A stretch of 64,000 bases of DNA, from assembly GCA_965263355.1 (NCBI GenBank), contig CBDHHL010000032.1, positions 2,272,001 through 2,336,000 on the forward strand. The letters run 5' to 3'. The translations under genes and the position numbers were made by a program. Within the stretch, counting starts at the first letter, position 1; the number at the start of each line of letters is the position of its first letter. Below the pieces are notes generated by a model, which saw nothing but the letters and a program-made list of their open reading frames with translations, did no database searches and was not told where the DNA came from. Origin of the DNA: Leptolyngbyaceae cyanobacterium (GTDB lineage: Bacteria; Cyanobacteriota; Cyanobacteriia; Phormidesmidales; Phormidesmidaceae). Shown piece after piece: positions 59,432 to 64,000 of this stretch.

Positions 59432-60301
59432 TTAGAGTTCTATTATGCTTGCAATTTTTCCCCCCTGGCGTTGCACCCGTTGCATATGGGGCGTTAACTC
59501 CTCATAGGGAATGATGACCGCTTTGTTTACTCGCCGGACTTTGGGGTAGCCTGGGCCACTGATCGCGGCAACTTCAACCCGGAAAAGCCGACCAGACCCA
59601 AAGGCCTTTGAACCCCCAAAGGCACTGACAGAGGCATCTCCTTTAAGCGCTGGTCTAAACGCATTATTGTTGGTGCTACCCAAGGGGGGCTTCACTACCG
59701 AGGCTGTGTTCCGAGCAAGATCTTTGACAAGCTGAGGGGCATTCCCGGTAAATTGGGCTTTGTCGCTGCTGGCATAGCCACGATAGAGCTGGAAGAGACG
59801 GGGAAACCCGACGGAGCGCTGTCCTATCCCTGTCGTCACCAGATCACGGTAATAGGGGACAACATTTTCTCCAAAGTAGGTTTGATACTCGACTGAGTCA
59901 ATGTAAGTATCAATATCCGCCTCAAAGCCTTTAGACTCATAAAAATCTAAGTGTTCTACAATTTCACCTTGATCATAGGGAGCCCGACCCAGGAGATGTT
60001 TAAAGTTCAGCTCGATTGTCCGACTTTGGAAGGTGTTGTAGAAAAACTTTTGCTTGTACAAGTCTGACTTAGCGACTTGTCGTACAAATTCCTGTACGGT
60101 GATTTTGCGATCGCGTAGCAACGATTCAGCAATCACAAGCCGATCAGATGACAGCAGGTGGGGGTTACCGAGTACCTGCTGATACACGGCCAGAATAATC
60201 ACTTCAACGTCTTGCGATGTAGCATTAGGTCGCAGTTCTAATAGAGCCGCATCACTAAACGCAGAGGTACCTAGACGAGAGGCTGCTGTTGTAATAGCCA
60301 T
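59432..60301 (-). CDS. cpcC: Phycocyanin rod linker CpcC
   Basis: [39 protein letters not shown]. Confidence 0.9.
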   Translation of the reverse strand: MAITTAASRLGTSAFSDAALLELRPNATSQDVEVIILAVYQQVLGNPHLLSSDRLVIAESLLRDRKITVQEFVRQVAKSDLYKQKFFYNTFQSRTIELNFKHLLGRAPYDQGEIVEHLDFYESKGFEADIDTYIDSVEYQTYFGENVVPYYRDLVTTGIGQRSVGFPRLFQLYRGYASSDKAQFTGNAPQLVKDLARNTASVVKPPLGSTNNNAFRPALKGDASVSAFGGSKAFGSGRLFRVEVAAISGPGYPKVRRVNKAVIIPYEELTPHMQRVQRQGGKIASIIEL

Positions 60302-60327
60302 TAGAAATTTTCCTTTATTTCACAGAA

Positions 60328-61143
60328 CTAGACAGCAGTCACACTAAGCACCCTATTACCAGAACGATTTAGCTGTTGTAGCTTATTCGTCAGCTGGTCA
60401 TAGGAAACCAGTACCTCTGTAACACTTTGTCTGACGACAGTAGCATTAGGGGATGCCGCCCGGACAACTCGAAGTTGGTAGACATCACCACGAGCGCCCC
60501 CTAATGGTCCAGATAGAGCCACACGCTTGGATACACTCAGCGGAGCCGGTAAATTTTTAGCCACGGCCACTGTCAATCGAGGTTGTTTTTGGCCCTGGGC
60601 GCGATCGCTGTTGGCATAGCCACCATAAAGCTCTAACAAACGACTAAAGCCAACTGTCCGTTGACCAGGATGATCGGTTTGAAAGTCTCTGTGGTAGGGA
60701 ACAATATTATCCCCAAAACTATTTTCATATTCTACAGAGCTGATGTAAGAGTCAATCTCCGCTTCGTATCCCTTGGTCAGGAAGAGATCTAAATGGTAGG
60801 CAATTTCACTTTGATCATAGGGAGCCCGACCCAGCAGATGCTTGTAGTTCAGCTCAATAAAGCGAACATGGAAGTTGGGATATAAAAACTTTTGGCGGTA
60901 GAGGTCTGACTCTGCAATTGCGCGAACAAAGTCTCGGACTGAAATAATGCCCTGGGCCAAAAGTGACTCAGGTTCTTCCAATCTATCATTCTCCATGAGA
61001 TGCTCATTGCCGAGCACCTGCCGATAGGCTGCCGAAATAACCGCTTGGACATCATCTCGGAGCCAATTGGGTCTCAATTCAACAGGATCAGCCTCATCAA
61101 AGGGTTTAATTCCCAATCTTCCGGCTTCTTGCAAACCAGCCAT
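60328..61143 (-). CDS. cpcC: Phycocyanin rod linker (CpcH/CpcC2-type)
   Basis: [38 protein letters not shown]. Confidence 0.88.
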   Translation of the reverse strand: MAGLQEAGRLGIKPFDEADPVELRPNWLRDDVQAVISAAYRQVLGNEHLMENDRLEEPESLLAQGIISVRDFVRAIAESDLYRQKFLYPNFHVRFIELNYKHLLGRAPYDQSEIAYHLDLFLTKGYEAEIDSYISSVEYENSFGDNIVPYHRDFQTDHPGQRTVGFSRLLELYGGYANSDRAQGQKQPRLTVAVAKNLPAPLSVSKRVALSGPLGGARGDVYQLRVVRAASPNATVVRQSVTEVLVSYDQLTNKLQQLNRSGNRVLSVTAV

Positions 61144-61378
61144 AGTTTTTTACCTAACGTCACTACTTAATAAACAAGCCTTTCCATGGATTTTTAACGT
61201 TATGATTTACAAAGTTATCCGAAATGCAAAAAAGCAACATTGCTGATTCTCAAACGTCTCTAATCTGTAAATTTTGCCAAAAAGCGTTTATTTCAGATTG
61301 ATTTGCTCTAAAAACCAGCAATGATAGCAGCACCGTCCCACTTTTTAACCCTTATCCATGGCCGGACAGTAATCGCCC

Positions 61379-61864
61379 TTAAAGCGCGTTGATGATGTAA
61401 TCAATGTAGGAATTGATCTCAAGTCCGGGGTCACCCGTTAAACCATGATTTTCCTTGATATACTTAAGGGCCTCAGCATACCAACTTGGAACTAATTCAA
61501 AGCTACTGTGCATTTCCGCTAAACCTGCTAATAGATAGTCATCAGCTGGACCAGTCCCCCCTGCAATCAGGCAGTATTGAATAATCCGCACATAGTAACC
61601 AATGTCACGCAGGCACTTAGCTTGACCACGGGCATCAAAGGCATAGTTACTGCCCTGCATAGTTTTCGTATAAGGAAATGCCTGATAAACTGCGTTGGCA
61701 GCTCCTTCGGTCAGTTGGTCTGCCTTGATGCTGAGTTCTCTGGCTGCCTCTAGATCAGCCGTTGCCAGACGTAAACGACCAAAGGCAATTTGAAGTTCAA
61801 CATTACCTAGGTAGCGACCTTGGGAGTCAGCAGCTACAACGGCTTCAGTTAATTGTGTTTTCAT
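61379..61864 (-). CDS. cpcA: Divergent phycocyanin alpha subunit
   Basis: [29 protein letters not shown] (Cys84), [14 protein letters not shown]. Confidence 0.88.
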   Translation of the reverse strand: MKTQLTEAVVAADSQGRYLGNVELQIAFGRLRLATADLEAARELSIKADQLTEGAANAVYQAFPYTKTMQGSNYAFDARGQAKCLRDIGYYVRIIQYCLIAGGTGPADDYLLAGLAEMHSSFELVPSWYAEALKYIKENHGLTGDPGLEINSYIDYIINAL

Positions 61865-61986
61865 TGGGATAGTTCTTTACTCGTGTTTTAGTAAGGATGG
61901 TTTGGGAAAGCATTGTTGAGAGCAAGTGGCTTAGAGGGATAACTTGCTCAGCGATGGCTGGAAATTGTTGTCCAGGGTTAACTCAA

Positions 61987-62505
61987 TTAGCTCACGGCGG
62001 CAGCAGCGCGATCAAAGTAGCCAGCCACTTCAGCCATCAGGGCACTGCAATCACCCGGTTGAATATTGTTGGGGTCGCTTGCGATCGCAATTGCAGCATC
62101 CTTCATCTTAAGGATACTAGTCGCCATTGAAGAGCTAGGAACTCCCAAAGCCAAATAGGTCTCACGCAGACCATTCAAACAGCGATCATCTAGGACACTA
62201 GCATCGCCTAGAAACACAGCATACGTGACATAGCGAAGAATAATATCCATATCGCGTAAACAGGCCGAAACTCGACGATTCGTATAAGCATTACCGCCAG
62301 GAGCAATTAATTGGGGTTGCTCTTCAAATAATGCCCGTGCAGCATTGGTGACGATTGCAGAAGCATTGCCTGTAATTCGATTCACAACATCAGTACGCTT
62401 TGCCCCATCCTTAACGACAGCCAATAGAGCATTAATTTGATCAGTACCCACTAACTGGCCCCGATTATCAGCCTGCGAAACAACCTTCGTAAAGGCATCT
62501 AACAT
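61987..62505 (-). CDS. cpcB: Phycocyanin beta subunit (second copy)
   Basis: [42 protein letters not shown]. Confidence 0.94.
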   Translation of the reverse strand: MLDAFTKVVSQADNRGQLVGTDQINALLAVVKDGAKRTDVVNRITGNASAIVTNAARALFEEQPQLIAPGGNAYTNRRVSACLRDMDIILRYVTYAVFLGDASVLDDRCLNGLRETYLALGVPSSSMATSILKMKDAAIAIASDPNNIQPGDCSALMAEVAGYFDRAAAAVS

Positions 62506-62820
62506 TGATCTAATCTCCTAATTTCTTCTTTTCGATTGAGTTAGATGGTGCAATCTGACTTAGTCAATGCCAACTAACGTCTGTCTGAACAGCCTGAAAA
62601 GCTCGCCATCCAAAACCTATTCGCCTTACACAGTTATCTCAGTGCAGAGGACGTGGGCAAAACCATAAGTTTCCTCAACGGTAACTGATGATATGTATTG
62701 GCTTTGTCGACGACAGACTAGTAACCTCAAGAATTACATGGATTTTAATCACTTTTTTCTAAGCATTAAAGTCCCTAATTCCTTCGGTCAAATCCTAGTA
62801 ATTTATTAGAGCAGTCAAAT

Positions 62821-62838
62821 TGTGCAGAATCTGTGCAG
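62821..62838 (-). promoter_or_regulatory. L-box-like direct repeat between cpcB and cpcG
   Basis: Minus strand CTGCACA-gatt-CTGCACA (7-4-7 spacing). Confidence 0.65.
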
Positions 62839-63265
62839 AATCCAGGAAAGAATATGCAACATATACCTAAACAAGCATCTTGAAAGGTTACAAGGCTATT
62901 TTTTAGGATACGTATAACAGATTAGCTTCTAGAAAACATGCATTAAGGAAGCAACATTTTTATAGAGTGTAACTCTGGTAAAACGCCCTTTCCAAAAGGA
63001 GTTTGCAGATTGATTCATTTTATTGATCACATATTTAATGATTAAAAAAACAATGAGGTTTATATAGTTAAAATTGGTTGATTTAGCTTTGCCAAATTGG
63101 CATGCTTTCAATTATTTTGGTGACAAAGACCTGACAAGTTGAGATTAAGGTCTGTAACATTTTGTTCGTTTGAGGAAGATTGCAATTTGCTTTACCTCTT
63201 ATAATTCAATATAGGTATTGCATTTTCTTCCTTTGAAAACATAAGAGTGAAGGCTTACAACAAAT

Positions 63266-64000
63266 ATGACGATTCCACTATTAGCGTATTCTCCCTCTTG
63301 TCCTAATCAGCGTGTTGATGCCCTGGGTGCTCCAGATGATGAAGCAATCATCTATTCAACCGATGATTTGTTTTCGCCGACAGAGATGGGGGCTCTTATT
63401 GATGCAGCCTATCGACAAATTTTCTTTTACGCGTTTAGGTGGGACCGTGAGATTGCTCTAGAATCTCAGTTGCGTAACAGACAGATCACGGTACGTGATT
63501 TCATTCGAGGATTGCTGTTGTCAAATACCTTTATTGATAGTTTTTACAGTAAGAACAGTAACTACCGCTTTGTTAAGCATTGCGTCGAGAGAGTTTTAGG
63601 GCGTCAAGTTTATAGTAAAGCAGAGCAAATTGCTTGGTCGGCAGTGGTTATGAGCAAAGGGCTCCAGGGCTTTATTGATGAGTTGCTCAATAGTGATGAA
63701 TATATTGAAAGCTTCGGTGAAAATGTTGTACCTTATCATCGCCGTCGAACGTTGCCTAGTCGTTCTGTAGGAGAAATTCCCTTTAATATTGCGTCTCCTC
63801 GCTACGATGCCTATCATCGCGACCAGTTAGGATTCCCTCAACCGATTTGGCAAGAAGCTGTTCGCACCTTCCGTTCCTATGAGCAAAAACCCAAGGTTGG
63901 GGATCCCACTTTGTTTCTTAATATGGCAAAGGCACTGGTTCCTCAAACGCGTAACCCAAATACTGTTTCCATTGAGAGTATTGATATCAATTCTACTGTT
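63266..64000 (+). CDS. cpcG: Rod-core linker CpcG (3'-truncated; absent from ORF track)
   Basis: My translation: [17 protein letters not shown]...[41 protein letters not shown]...KNSNYRFV...VLGR...[28 protein letters not shown]; open to window end. Confidence 0.93.
   Translation, partial: MTIPLLAYSPSCPNQRVDALGAPDDEAIIYSTDDLFSPTEMGALIDAAYRQIFFYAFRWDREIALESQLRNRQITVRDFIRGLLLSNTFIDSFYSKNSNYRFVKHCVERVLGRQVYSKAEQIAWSAVVMSKGLQGFIDELLNSDEYIESFGENVVPYHRRRTLPSRSVGEIPFNIASPRYDAYHRDQLGFPQPIWQEAVRTFRSYEQKPKVGDPTLFLNMAKALVPQTRNPNTVSIESIDINSTV

Noticed and set aside
61379..62505. Phycoerythrocyanin (pecBA) or sulfur-sparing cpc3
   Set aside because: PecA-type motifs are absent, there are no pecEF genes, and both subunits retain several Met residues.
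63596..63817. 73-aa minus-strand ORF
   Set aside because: Antisense to cpcG.
1..64000. GCGATCGC octamer recurrence; rRNA, tRNA, transposase or integrase genes
   Set aside because: The octamer is ordinary cyanobacterial HIP1. I recognised no RNA genes or mobile-element enzymes by eye, which does not exclude short ones.

Overview
Cyanobacterial chromosomal DNA (many HIP1 GCGATCGC octamers, phycobilisome genes), in three blocks. (1) About 1-35 kb is an AT-rich lipid/glycan cluster. It opens with an acyl-CoA dehydrogenase, two membrane desaturases, an ACP and an SPT/AOS-family PLP enzyme. GalE and a trio follow: a CarS-like cytidylyltransferase, a eukaryote-type sphingosine/ceramide kinase with a PH-like N-terminus and a eukaryote-type phosphatidylinositol synthase. 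After these come a B4GALNT (GM2-synthase)-like GT, a GT10 fucosyltransferase, GT25/GT4/GT2/GT61 enzymes, five sulfotransferases, two acyltransferases, a HepA-like ABC transporter and a DevC permease. My best candidate for a novel system is a cyanobacterial sulfated glycosyl-inositol-phospho-(sphingo)lipid pathway; this is an inference from motif similarity recalled by eye, not from a database search. (2) About 35-49.6 kb holds mixed genes: delta-9 desaturase, pentapeptide protein, DUF4347 beta-propeller protein, Na+/H+ antiporter, SDR, haemagglutinin-CHAT protein and Mn-SOD. (3) About 49.7-64 kb is a type-3 chromatic acclimation island. rcaE-rcaF-rcaC and pcyA are flanked by two phycocyanin operons, there are three L-box-like direct repeats, and a cpcG runs off the window end.
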